From Leptospiraceae bacterium (GTDB taxonomy: Bacteria; Spirochaetota; Leptospiria; Leptospirales; Leptospiraceae): 64,000 bases of DNA. Below are positions 9,360 to 17,901 of the stretch, one piece after another (within the stretch, counting starts at the first letter, position 1; every line of letters starts with the position of its first letter). A program made the position numbers and the translations under genes. The DNA lies in contig JADJFV010000035.1 in assembly GCA_016708435.1 (NCBI GenBank), forward strand, positions 192,001 to 256,000, read 5' to 3'. Below the pieces are notes generated by a model. It was given only the letters and a program-made list of their open reading frames with translations. It did not search any database and had not been told where the DNA came from.

Positions 9360-10231
9360 TTAATCTCTCGGTAAGTCAGGGAAATTTGCTCGAACCATTC
9401 CAGCGAATTCGGAAGAACTTTTTGCTAAATCAGAAATTTCAGTTTTATAATGCTTAATATTCTTATTTATTATATTTATAATAACTTGCTCTTTAGCTAA
9501 TTTTAAAGCTATTTCATTTTCTAGTCTAAGTTCCTTTAACTTAATTATTTTATTAAACAATATTTCTCGAGAATTATTTAAGGACGGACGTTCTAGTCCA
9601 CATGTATTAATAGTAACTTTACCCTTTTCTGACTCTATTCCTGTCGGCATTACTTGTGGAATTATTTTTTCACGGATAAAAGTAATATGCTCTTCGGGAT
9701 TATCTTTTGAGGGATGTAGCAATAAGGCATTTTCTTTATGCAAGTTTTTTGCATTGTGGTGTGAACTTACTCTAAACATATTATTTTTAATTGTAAATAA
9801 ATTTTTTTTATATCTTCTATTACAATATGCGCAACTCAATAAAAGATTATCCCATTTATATGTTAACCAATAATAACCCGGAAATATTAATTTTCTTTTC
9901 TATTATTTTTATACCCTGCCTTTGGTCTAAAATGCTCAACATCACCATCTTGTTCATTCGTTGTTATTTTTCGTTCACAGTAACAACATTTATCATGTTG
10001 ATTTTTTATTAAATAATTTTTAATCTTACTATAATGGTCTGTATCAAAATCAAATTTTTTGGGCTTCATTCCACTTGGTTGATTTTTATAGTCATCTGGT
10101 GTTTTTAAGTATTCATCGCAATGTTTTTTTCTTAATTTTCTGGATTTCTCAAACCAATCTTTATCTGGTCTTATTTTCTTTTTGATTTTTATCATGACAT
10201 ATCCTTTAAGTATAAAATTAAATAAAATCAC
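9360..10231 (-). pseudogene. PtuB-like HNH endonuclease (TIGR02646-type, Septu partner) split by a frameshift
   Basis: ORF 9887..10231 carries CCYCERKITTNEQDGDVEHFRPK (HNH motif I). After its stop the -1/+2 frame reads PGYYWLTYKWDNLLLSCAYCNRRYKK (HNH motif II W-NLL-C--CN--K) and runs into ORF 9360..9839. The frameshift falls in an A-run around 9876-9890. GTG start overlaps the PtuA stop (TAGTG). Confidence 0.6.
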
Positions 10232-11718
10232 TAATTATTTTCGTATATACTTCCAGTTTCTTTCATTAACATAAATAATTCTTTTTCTTCATCAGGAGTT
10301 AATTCCTTTTTTAAAAGGAGCTTTAACTTTCGATCTATTAATTTAATTTGATTATCAGAATAGGTTTTTGCTTCTGTATCAAATAACTCACTACTAAGAA
10401 TTTGATCGATTCGACGATTTTTAAAAATATTAATTCTTTTTTCTGGATTATCTGGATCTTCAGGAAATAGATTATTAAGATTAATGCTACCATCTTCTTC
10501 TTTTTCAAATTTATATAACGCAACATTTTCTAGGGTTGATGCGCCTAGCATAATTTCAGGACTATGAGTAGTAATAAAAAACTGAATATTTGGAAACCAT
10601 TCATTTAATTTACTTGGAAATTTTATTTCCCATTTTGGATGCATATGAACTTCTATTTCGTCAATGAAAACTATTCCGGTGAAGTCTGGGAATTTTGTTG
10701 CTTCTGGTTGAATTTGAATAAAACGGTAGGTAAGATTTATAAGAAAACAAATCATGCTTCTAAATCCAGCAGATAATTCATCATATCCGAATTGTTCATC
10801 ATTAATTATAAAATTAACAATATCAGTATTTAGAGAGATTATTACTTTTTTTTCTAAAAAAACGGATAACATTCTATCTAGAATTTCAAGGTTCATTTTT
10901 GAAATTTGTTCCTTCGCATTTCTTTTGTTATAAAAGTCTAAAAGTAATTTCTTGGGATGAATTAAAGTGTATTTATTTGAAAATAAAGTTTCACAAAAAA
11001 AAGATTGCTCTACTGTAGGAATGTAATCTCTTAAGGAACCAAATGCGATGATTCTGTTAAAATCATAATTAATTACTTCTTTACTATCTAGAATATTACT
11101 TAAACTATATGTATTTTCTTTTGCTTCATTTTTCAAAGAAAGAATTTCTTTATCATCTATCTGTTCGATAAATCCTTTGTTTAAAGAAAGAAATATCGAT
11201 TGTAATAATAGGGTTTTTCCGTCTCCATTCTCTCCCAATATATATATTTGCCGTTTATCTTTTAGTGAATGCAAAGTAATATTTTGAAGGCTATGAAAGT
11301 TTTTAATATAAAATTCATCTAAATAATAGTTTTCAACTGCATTTAGGAAAATATCGAAAAATTTCTTTCTTACTTCTAAGTTATTTACTTTTATTAGTGT
11401 ATTAAACCAATTGCCTATACCTTCTCCATACTCTTTTTTTGAAGGTGCTTTCCCTGAATACAAATCTCCTTTTCTTTTCCAATCAACTCCAACTTTTTTA
11501 TTAGAGTCAGCAGGAGAAGTGATAAAACCAATTGCCTTAATCTTTAAATCATATTCTCCTCCTAAAGACTTTAAAATTATTATATCATCTTTTTTTATTT
11601 CTGGTATATATTCTTCACCACCGCCTGAACCAATCCAATAATTTTTCTCTAAAAAATCATCCAATTGACTTTCTGTTTTTCCAAAATGGTATCCTGCTGC
11701 CCAATATTGTGGTTCCAT
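10231..11718 (-). CDS. PtuA-like AAA_21/ABC-type ATPase (Septu-like defence ATPase) with an N-terminal extension
   Basis: Walker A ILGENGDGKTLLLQSI, Walker B/D-loop IVFIDEIEVHMHP, TTHSP H-motif; about 130 aa N-terminal region without ATPase motifs; translationally coupled to the HNH gene. Confidence 0.7.
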   Translation of the reverse strand: MEPQYWAAGYHFGKTESQLDDFLEKNYWIGSGGGEEYIPEIKKDDIIILKSLGGEYDLKIKAIGFITSPADSNKKVGVDWKRKGDLYSGKAPSKKEYGEGIGNWFNTLIKVNNLEVRKKFFDIFLNAVENYYLDEFYIKNFHSLQNITLHSLKDKRQIYILGENGDGKTLLLQSIFLSLNKGFIEQIDDKEILSLKNEAKENTYSLSNILDSKEVINYDFNRIIAFGSLRDYIPTVEQSFFCETLFSNKYTLIHPKKLLLDFYNKRNAKEQISKMNLEILDRMLSVFLEKKVIISLNTDIVNFIINDEQFGYDELSAGFRSMICFLINLTYRFIQIQPEATKFPDFTGIVFIDEIEVHMHPKWEIKFPSKLNEWFPNIQFFITTHSPEIMLGASTLENVALYKFEKEEDGSINLNNLFPEDPDNPEKRINIFKNRRIDQILSSELFDTEAKTYSDNQIKLIDRKLKLLLKKELTPDEEKELFMLMKETGSIYENN

Positions 11719-11838
11719 ACTTAACTTCCTTTATATATAATTACGTTAATCTCTACATTTCAATCCAAACGTAAAGTAGTTCCATAGCTTTACATGGTAT
11801 TAGCTAATGACAAAAAAGGAAAGTAGAAATTATTTGAG

Positions 11839-12153
11839 TCAGCATAACAAACTCCCCGAATCCAAAACCCTAACTAATTTATTTACATTTGCTTTTTCCT
11901 CTACATTAAATAGCGTATTCCATATTTCAGGAAAGGCAAGAATTTCTAATTCTAATATTTTGGTAAAAGAATCTGTATTATACCGCTTTGCTACATCTTT
12001 TAAGAAATCACGAAATCGTTCTACGACTCTCGGCTCTATTGACACAAAGATTGGATTGTTCAAATCGTCTATGCCCACGAAAAAGAGAGACACGCCTGTA
12101 ATAAAAGGCATCTCATAGTATTCATTTTCATTCATGCCTACCTCCGTGCGCAT
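11839..12153 (-). CDS. hypothetical protein
   Basis: 104 aa ORF; preferred over the overlapping plus-strand ORF 11807..12118, which is low-complexity. Confidence 0.3.
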   Translation of the reverse strand: MRTEVGMNENEYYEMPFITGVSLFFVGIDDLNNPIFVSIEPRVVERFRDFLKDVAKRYNTDSFTKILELEILAFPEIWNTLFNVEEKANVNKLVRVLDSGSLLC

Positions 12154-12167
12154 AGTCCAGACAGCGG

Positions 12168-12860
12168 CTACTTAATACTATCCACTTTTTCCTGATTGAT
12201 ATTTTTTAGGCTTGGGACATATCCGTTCTCTTTGAGACTTAGCATTGAAATAATTTCTGGGACTACATATTCGTAGCCTCTTGGGTTTACTTCCATACCT
12301 GATCTGTAGCTGGATAATATCAATTTACCGTTATATACTTTGAACGTAATCTCTTGTGATTCACGGGCACCCGGTGGATTTAGAAAGACAGCGACTGTTT
12401 TTTCCTTTTTATTTCGTTTTAGATCCAAATTCTTTTTTGTAATGCTATCACCGGTTTCCGCATTTTTAGAAATATATAACATATACAAGTCTTTTAAAAC
12501 TAACTTGAAATAATTCTCTTCTCCCGTTGGATTATAGATTGGTAATTCCAAAACATCTTTTGAATCAGGAAATTCTTTCTTTAGTAACGCAAGTAATTTT
12601 CGGTTCAATACTTCTTCGAGCGCAGCCCAACTTTGCTTTCTCTCATAATCCTGTGATGTTTTAACATTTTCAATTAAATTTCGAATAGGGAGTTTTTTAA
12701 GGTTCTCTAATTTTTTATCGATTGTATCTTTTTCTTCTTGCGTCAACTCAGTCTTAGCCTCTTCTTTAGGCGCTTCTATATACGGTGCTGGCGCTGATTC
12801 TTCCGGTGTGCTTGCGCAGGTTATTAAACTGAATAGGCTAATTATCATTAAATACTTCAT
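12168..12860 (-). CDS. hypothetical lipoprotein
   Basis: Signal/lipobox MKYLMIISLFSLITCAS. Confidence 0.55.
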   Translation of the reverse strand: MKYLMIISLFSLITCASTPEESAPAPYIEAPKEEAKTELTQEEKDTIDKKLENLKKLPIRNLIENVKTSQDYERKQSWAALEEVLNRKLLALLKKEFPDSKDVLELPIYNPTGEENYFKLVLKDLYMLYISKNAETGDSITKKNLDLKRNKKEKTVAVFLNPPGARESQEITFKVYNGKLILSSYRSGMEVNPRGYEYVVPEIISMLSLKENGYVPSLKNINQEKVDSIK

Positions 12861-12969
12861 TCTATTTTCCTTTTTTTGTTTCTAAAATTATTCTCTCATC
12901 TTACAATAGAATCATTTCGCGATCCGGAAACTTTCTTTCCGATTCTAATTTTTTTAATAACATGACTGA

Positions 12970-13929
12970 TTGTCCGATAAAATAAGGATGAGTAGAAAAA
13001 AGAATCTGACATCCAGTGAACAAATCATTTTAGCGATTGAGTTTTTGAGTCTAGCTGATGAATATATATTTCGAAAGAAAGATTTAAATTCCCTTTCTTT
13101 GGCAGAATTACTCGATGAACTTCAAGACGCCGAGAAGGAAGGCAAAGAATCGGATTGGGGTCTTGATAGAAGGTTTCGACTGTATACAGGAAAGTTAAAG
13201 AAAATCGGTGTTAGTCTAAACTTGAAATCGAAAAAAATAGAATTTGAAAATAAAAATATTCCATTTAAAATTATTTCTACTTATGTAAAATTCTTTTGTG
13301 AGGATTACAACGAACAACACCTTCGTATATTTTTTAAATCAAAAAAAGAAGATTTCTATGAAGTATTGCGGTTATTTGTATTTATTCGATATGCTATAAA
13401 GTATTCACTTGTAATTGAATTAGAATTCGCTAAGTCTATGAATTGGCAGAAATCGATTCGGCGGATAATTCCTAGATACCTTATCTCTAAGAATCAATTT
13501 TTAGATGTTGTGGTAACAGATTTAAAAGATAAACGAGGTAAGTGGTTCTCACTTGTAAATATTATTTCATTAAAAAATGATTTACTCTCTGCCTATAAAA
13601 AAAGGAAAAAGAGTAATATTCCTTTTGATCGAGTTAGCTTTGAAGCTTCCCCGGAAAGTCAGTTTTATTGGGTGACTGTCGTATATACCGTTCAATTCAA
13701 TAGTTATTCCTTTGTTCATTTTTCTACTACGAATGAAATCGAATACAAAGTAATTAACAACGATAATCCACTTGCTATCATTGTAGAAATTTCGTGTAAT
13801 GATGTTTTCTTGATTCAAAGGATTCTGTTTAACTACGGAATTTATGTAAAACTTTTAAGTCCGGCATCTGCGGTTCTTGATTTTAAAAATAAAATTTCTG
13901 CTTTAGGGAAACATTATGAATACTTATGA
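12970..13929 (+). CDS. possible WYL-domain transcriptional regulator (BrxR/CapW-like architecture)
   Basis: 319 aa; central RRIIPRYLISKNQFLDVVVTDLKDKRGKWFSLVNIISL resembles a WYL core; C-terminal GIYVKLLSPASAV resembles the WCX V-V-LeP motif; assignment by pattern recall only. Confidence 0.35.
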   Translation: MSDKIRMSRKKNLTSSEQIILAIEFLSLADEYIFRKKDLNSLSLAELLDELQDAEKEGKESDWGLDRRFRLYTGKLKKIGVSLNLKSKKIEFENKNIPFKIISTYVKFFCEDYNEQHLRIFFKSKKEDFYEVLRLFVFIRYAIKYSLVIELEFAKSMNWQKSIRRIIPRYLISKNQFLDVVVTDLKDKRGKWFSLVNIISLKNDLLSAYKKRKKSNIPFDRVSFEASPESQFYWVTVVYTVQFNSYSFVHFSTTNEIEYKVINNDNPLAIIVEISCNDVFLIQRILFNYGIYVKLLSPASAVLDFKNKISALGKHYEYL

Positions 13930-13952
13930 AGACGCGATGAATCGCGTCTCTA
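13929..13952. repeat. REP-like palindrome agacgcgatgaatcgcgtctctacg
   Basis: Same palindrome as the two copies inside the RAYT coding region (7617-7640, 7745-7768). Confidence 0.55.
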
Positions 13953-14564
13953 CGGTTTCGTATTTTTCACAACCCACTCTCCCTACTAATATACCGGATA
14001 CTATCTATTAACTCCTGCGTGATGGAAATTCTTCTTGATTCTAAGGAGTCGAAGAGGAAGGAAACAAAAGTTGTATTAGGTTTTTCTCCGAAGGATTTTA
14101 CATGGTCTAAGTATAATTTTTTGCACTTCGCCACGTCTCTGTTAGCCACATCGGTTTCGATGCTGGTATCATTTCTTTTTTCTATTAAAGCTTGCACGAA
14201 TTTCTCCTTTCTTATGCACGAGAAACATTTCTAGAGGATGAATTTCTGAACTGTTTTCTGTTTATGAAATGATTCTATACCAAGGGCAGGACAAGATGCG
14301 GAAAATGTTTTTCCGATTTGGTAATTTCTTTTAGGAGGGGGAAATTTTTTTACTTTCTTTTACTTACCGTTTTATTACCGATACATCAAGGATAGTATCA
14401 AACATAGTTTCAAGAATAGTATCAAAGATACTACTTTTAATTCTATGACTATCTTTGATACTATGGATGTCAGTTTCTTTGATTCTATACTTGAGATATA
14501 GACAACTTAACGGCTTCTTAATTTCTACTAGAGCTTTGGACTTGTTTGATTAGAGACAGGCGGA

Positions 14565-14731
14565 CAATGTCATTCAGTTAAGTGCCATTTACCCCAGTCA
14601 CCTCGAACTGCTTAATCGTGAGAGGTCTAACCGGCATACGTCGTATAAGATTAACCAATACAATGTTTGAGAAATAGATTTCTCACATTCGTTCGAAATG
14701 ACCGTATAATTTCCTTAACTTAATGACTTTG
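14565..14731. repeat. TIR-bounded MITE-like element sharing TIR CAATGTCATT(C/A)AG with the CACGAAG family but with a different core
   Basis: caatgtcattcagttaag ... cttaacttaatgac termini; core cacctcgaactgcttaatcgtgagaggtctaaccggca has inverted homologues at 2478-2530 and partial ones at 29925-30040. Confidence 0.45.
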
Positions 14732-14751
14732 CCCGATATCGTTCAAAGTCA

Positions 14752-16035
14752 TTAAACATTCAAAATTATCCCTTCTATTACTTCAAATATTTTACCCAGG
14801 GAGCTTTGGCTGATTGTATACGGGGGAGCGACATACACTGTGTTACCCAGTGGGCGAATCATGACGCCTCTTTCGAGAGAGTAGGCTTTTATCTTTTTAG
14901 AAATAGGATTCAGGTAATCAGACTTACCCTCTAGTTCAAAAGCACAGACCGCTCCGAGAGTTCGGTCGTTTATCATGCGCTCTCCGTGTTTTTGTTTTAG
15001 GAGGGACATTCTTTCTTTTAGCTCTGCTTCCAAGCGGATAACATCGTTTAGGCGGTCTTCTCTTTCATACAATTCTAAAGAAGCAAGACCTGCCGCACAA
15101 GCGGAAGGATTTCCTGTCATCGTGTGACCGTGGTAGAATGCTTTGTTTGCGTCCTCTGAATAAAATCCTTCGTAGATTCTTTCTGATACAAGTGTAGCGG
15201 CTAATGGCATTACCCCACCTGTGAGACCCTTTGCGAGAGTGATGAAGTCAGGCTTGATACTCGCATGCTCATAGGCAAAATTCTTAGCTGTTCTCCCAAA
15301 CCCTGTAAAGATTTCATCTAGAATGAGAAGCATATTGTATTTATCACAAAGGCTTCTTAGTTTACTTAAAATTTCTTTTTTGTAAAACTTCATTCCTTCT
15401 GCCCCCTGGATTAAGGGCTCGATGATGATCGCTGCCGTAGTATCAGAATTAGCCGCTAGATATTCTTCTAGAGGAGCGAGACATTCCTCTTTGCAAGAAG
15501 AAGGATTTTTTCCAATTGGACAGTTATTGCAATCGGGAGAAGGAAATTCAGGGGAATGAAAAAGTAGATTTTTAAAGCTTGCGTTAAATGTTGATTTGCC
15601 CGCTACTGACATTGCCCCGATTGTATCTCCGTGGTAGCAATGACTAAAGTGTAAAATTTTTTCCTTTTTAGTTTCGCCTCTGTTTTGAAAGTATTGGGTT
15701 GCCATTTTAATCGCTATATCTATGGCACAGGAGCCGTTATCCGAATAGAATACAGCTTTAAAAACATTCTGATTCAATTGAATTAATTTCTCTGCAAGTA
15801 GTTCAGCGTTTACATTTGTGTAACCCGCAAGTAAGACATGATCTAAGTTAGATATACTTTCTTTTACTTTTTCGATTATGTAAGGATGATTGTGACCGTG
15901 AATGCTAATCCACCAGGAAGAAACTGCGTCGATGTAAGAATTTCCTTTTTCATCGTATAGAAATTCTCCTTTTGCCCGGACAACCTTGAGAGGATCGGGT
16001 TGTCCTTTTAAAATTGTATAAGGATGCCAGATCAC
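14752..16035 (-). CDS. bioA: adenosylmethionine-8-amino-7-oxononanoate aminotransferase
   Basis: Class III aminotransferase; SSWWISIHGHNHP motif as in BioA; adjacent to bioD. Confidence 0.85.
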   Translation of the reverse strand: MIWHPYTILKGQPDPLKVVRAKGEFLYDEKGNSYIDAVSSWWISIHGHNHPYIIEKVKESISNLDHVLLAGYTNVNAELLAEKLIQLNQNVFKAVFYSDNGSCAIDIAIKMATQYFQNRGETKKEKILHFSHCYHGDTIGAMSVAGKSTFNASFKNLLFHSPEFPSPDCNNCPIGKNPSSCKEECLAPLEEYLAANSDTTAAIIIEPLIQGAEGMKFYKKEILSKLRSLCDKYNMLLILDEIFTGFGRTAKNFAYEHASIKPDFITLAKGLTGGVMPLAATLVSERIYEGFYSEDANKAFYHGHTMTGNPSACAAGLASLELYEREDRLNDVIRLEAELKERMSLLKQKHGERMINDRTLGAVCAFELEGKSDYLNPISKKIKAYSLERGVMIRPLGNTVYVAPPYTISQSSLGKIFEVIEGIILNV

Positions 16036-16700
16036 TTAAATAGATTTTTGATTGATTCGTTTGTGTCGAAGTAAGTGTCTATGTATTGTAAAAATGGTTT
16101 TCCATCTACAATGCTAGCTGGAATTCCTAATTCGCCAAGGCATTTCACTCCGGAAAATTCTTGGATTGTAAAAATATTATTTCGCGACAAATCATTCTTT
16201 TCCCCTAGCATGTAAAAACCATGAATCGGAATGTCTCGATTTTGCATTGCCTCTATGGAGAGTAACGTTTGGTTAATCGTTCCAAGTTCTGGAGAGGAAA
16301 CTAGGATCACCGGGATTCTAGATTTTTTTAAAATGTCTACCATCATCGTGCTAGAATTAAGTGGAACTAAAAGTCCACCTGCGCCTTCGATGATCGTTGG
16401 CTCTGCCATTTGCGTCATGAACTTTTCTGCAAGACGGATTGTGTCTACACTTTTGAATTCGAGTTCTCCCGCATAATGAGGGGAGGCTGGTTTTAGAAAA
16501 TGGTAATCTGTCTCCATGAAGAATTTATCCTGGAGTCCGGTTAATTTTTTTACTTTTAAAAGATCGGAATCATTTAACGCGCCGGTTTGAACAGGTTTCC
16601 AATACCTTAACCCAAAATGCCTAGCATACTTTGCCATCAGCATAGATGAAAAGAGTGTTTTCCCGATATTTGTTCCAGTCCCAGTAATAAATATTGCCAT
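16032..16700 (-). CDS. bioD: dethiobiotin synthetase
   Basis: N-terminal P-loop IFITGTGTNIGKT typical of BioD; overlaps bioA start. Confidence 0.85.
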   Translation of the reverse strand: MAIFITGTGTNIGKTLFSSMLMAKYARHFGLRYWKPVQTGALNDSDLLKVKKLTGLQDKFFMETDYHFLKPASPHYAGELEFKSVDTIRLAEKFMTQMAEPTIIEGAGGLLVPLNSSTMMVDILKKSRIPVILVSSPELGTINQTLLSIEAMQNRDIPIHGFYMLGEKNDLSRNNIFTIQEFSGVKCLGELGIPASIVDGKPFLQYIDTYFDTNESIKNLFK

Positions 16701-16702
16701 AT

Positions 16703-17875
16703 CTACTTAGTTCCAAAGACTCTCTTTAAAATAAATGATTTTTTTATTACGTAATAGTAGAAAAAAAAACTCAGAAAGTAGACAAGTAGGGTATGAATAG
16801 AGAATTTCAGAAAAATGGGAATATTAACTTTCAGTAAAAAGTTTGCTAGGATAAGTGAAATCGGATGATGGAGTAAATAAATGCTCATTCCAGAATTTCG
16901 TAAATGGTCGAGTGTTGGACTCGTGTGATCTAAATATTTTTGGAAAAAGGGAAGCAATAAGAAAATAATACTCCAAGCCAGAAGAATATCAATGAGCCAA
17001 TGAAAAACTCGAATGAAAATTCTCTTGGAATCAAAAGTAAAATTCATCCAGTAGGGATCTATCTCACTCAGGTAAAGAAAAATTGCGAATAACAATATTA
17101 TTCCTATGGAGTGAAAAATATTTTTTATTCGCAAAGAATTTACATTTTGGAGTAAACTATTTTTGTAGGCAATTACCCCAATCATAAAGTAGGCAAGATA
17201 ATAGGTGAAGGAAACAGGTTGTATCCGCAAATAAGAATCGTCTTTGTTAAAAAACCAATTTACGATTAAAACAGGGGCAAAACAATATAAGACTGCTTTT
17301 GAATATAAAATTAGATTGGAAGAAAAATTCACAGTTAATTTAAAATGAATTTTCTTAAAATGCTTTCGTGCTCCGAAATAAGAACTAGAAGAAATTCTTT
17401 CGAATAGATAAAATTTATGATCCATCAGTAAAACAAAACTATATAAAAACAAATAAACCAAAAACCAGATATGAGAAAGATCAAATTCTTCTGTCGAAAA
17501 AAATCTTGGATAATATTCCCAAAAAGAAATTGGACTGTGTTTTTGATTGTATACCAAAAAGTATTGGACGGGGGAGAATAAAAAAAGTCCGACTAACAGC
17601 GGAGCAAACATTCTTTCAAACCTAGAGAAAGTAAAGTTTCTTCCTCCATGTTTGTTTAATACCATATAAGAAAAAAAACCTGACAGGAAAAAGAAAAGTG
17701 GCATTCGAAATACATGAATCAAGTGAACTAGGATTGTAAAAAAATAGTGTAGCTCGTCACTCTTTATCGCGTAGCCAATGCTAGGAGCATAGACAATGGA
17801 TGTGTGGAAAAGAACTCCAAGTAGAAGTGCGAATGTCTTTAAATTGTCTAGATAAAATAATCGTTTGTGCATCAC
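16703..17875 (-). CDS. acyltransferase family 3 (OafA/OpgC-like) integral membrane protein
   Basis: About 10 TM segments; N-terminal LFYLDNLKTFALLLGVLFHT typical of acyltransferase_3. Confidence 0.7.
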   Translation of the reverse strand: MMHKRLFYLDNLKTFALLLGVLFHTSIVYAPSIGYAIKSDELHYFFTILVHLIHVFRMPLFFFLSGFFSYMVLNKHGGRNFTFSRFERMFAPLLVGLFLFSPVQYFLVYNQKHSPISFWEYYPRFFSTEEFDLSHIWFLVYLFLYSFVLLMDHKFYLFERISSSSYFGARKHFKKIHFKLTVNFSSNLILYSKAVLYCFAPVLIVNWFFNKDDSYLRIQPVSFTYYLAYFMIGVIAYKNSLLQNVNSLRIKNIFHSIGIILLFAIFLYLSEIDPYWMNFTFDSKRIFIRVFHWLIDILLAWSIIFLLLPFFQKYLDHTSPTLDHLRNSGMSIYLLHHPISLILANFLLKVNIPIFLKFSIHTLLVYFLSFFFYYYVIKKSFILKRVFGTK

Positions 17876-17901
17876 TCATTAAGTAGATTCTATTTTTTCC
17901 G

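Noticed and set aside
11807-12118. Plus-strand ORF (103 aa) overlapping the minus-strand ORF 11839..12153
   Set aside because: Low-complexity, S/T/K-rich translation that mirrors the opposite-strand ORF; more likely a shadow ORF. Neither is strongly supported.
13967-14234. Small overlapping ORFs on both strands after the WYL-like gene
   Set aside because: About 70-76 aa each, antisense to one another, adjacent to a REP palindrome; no support for either.
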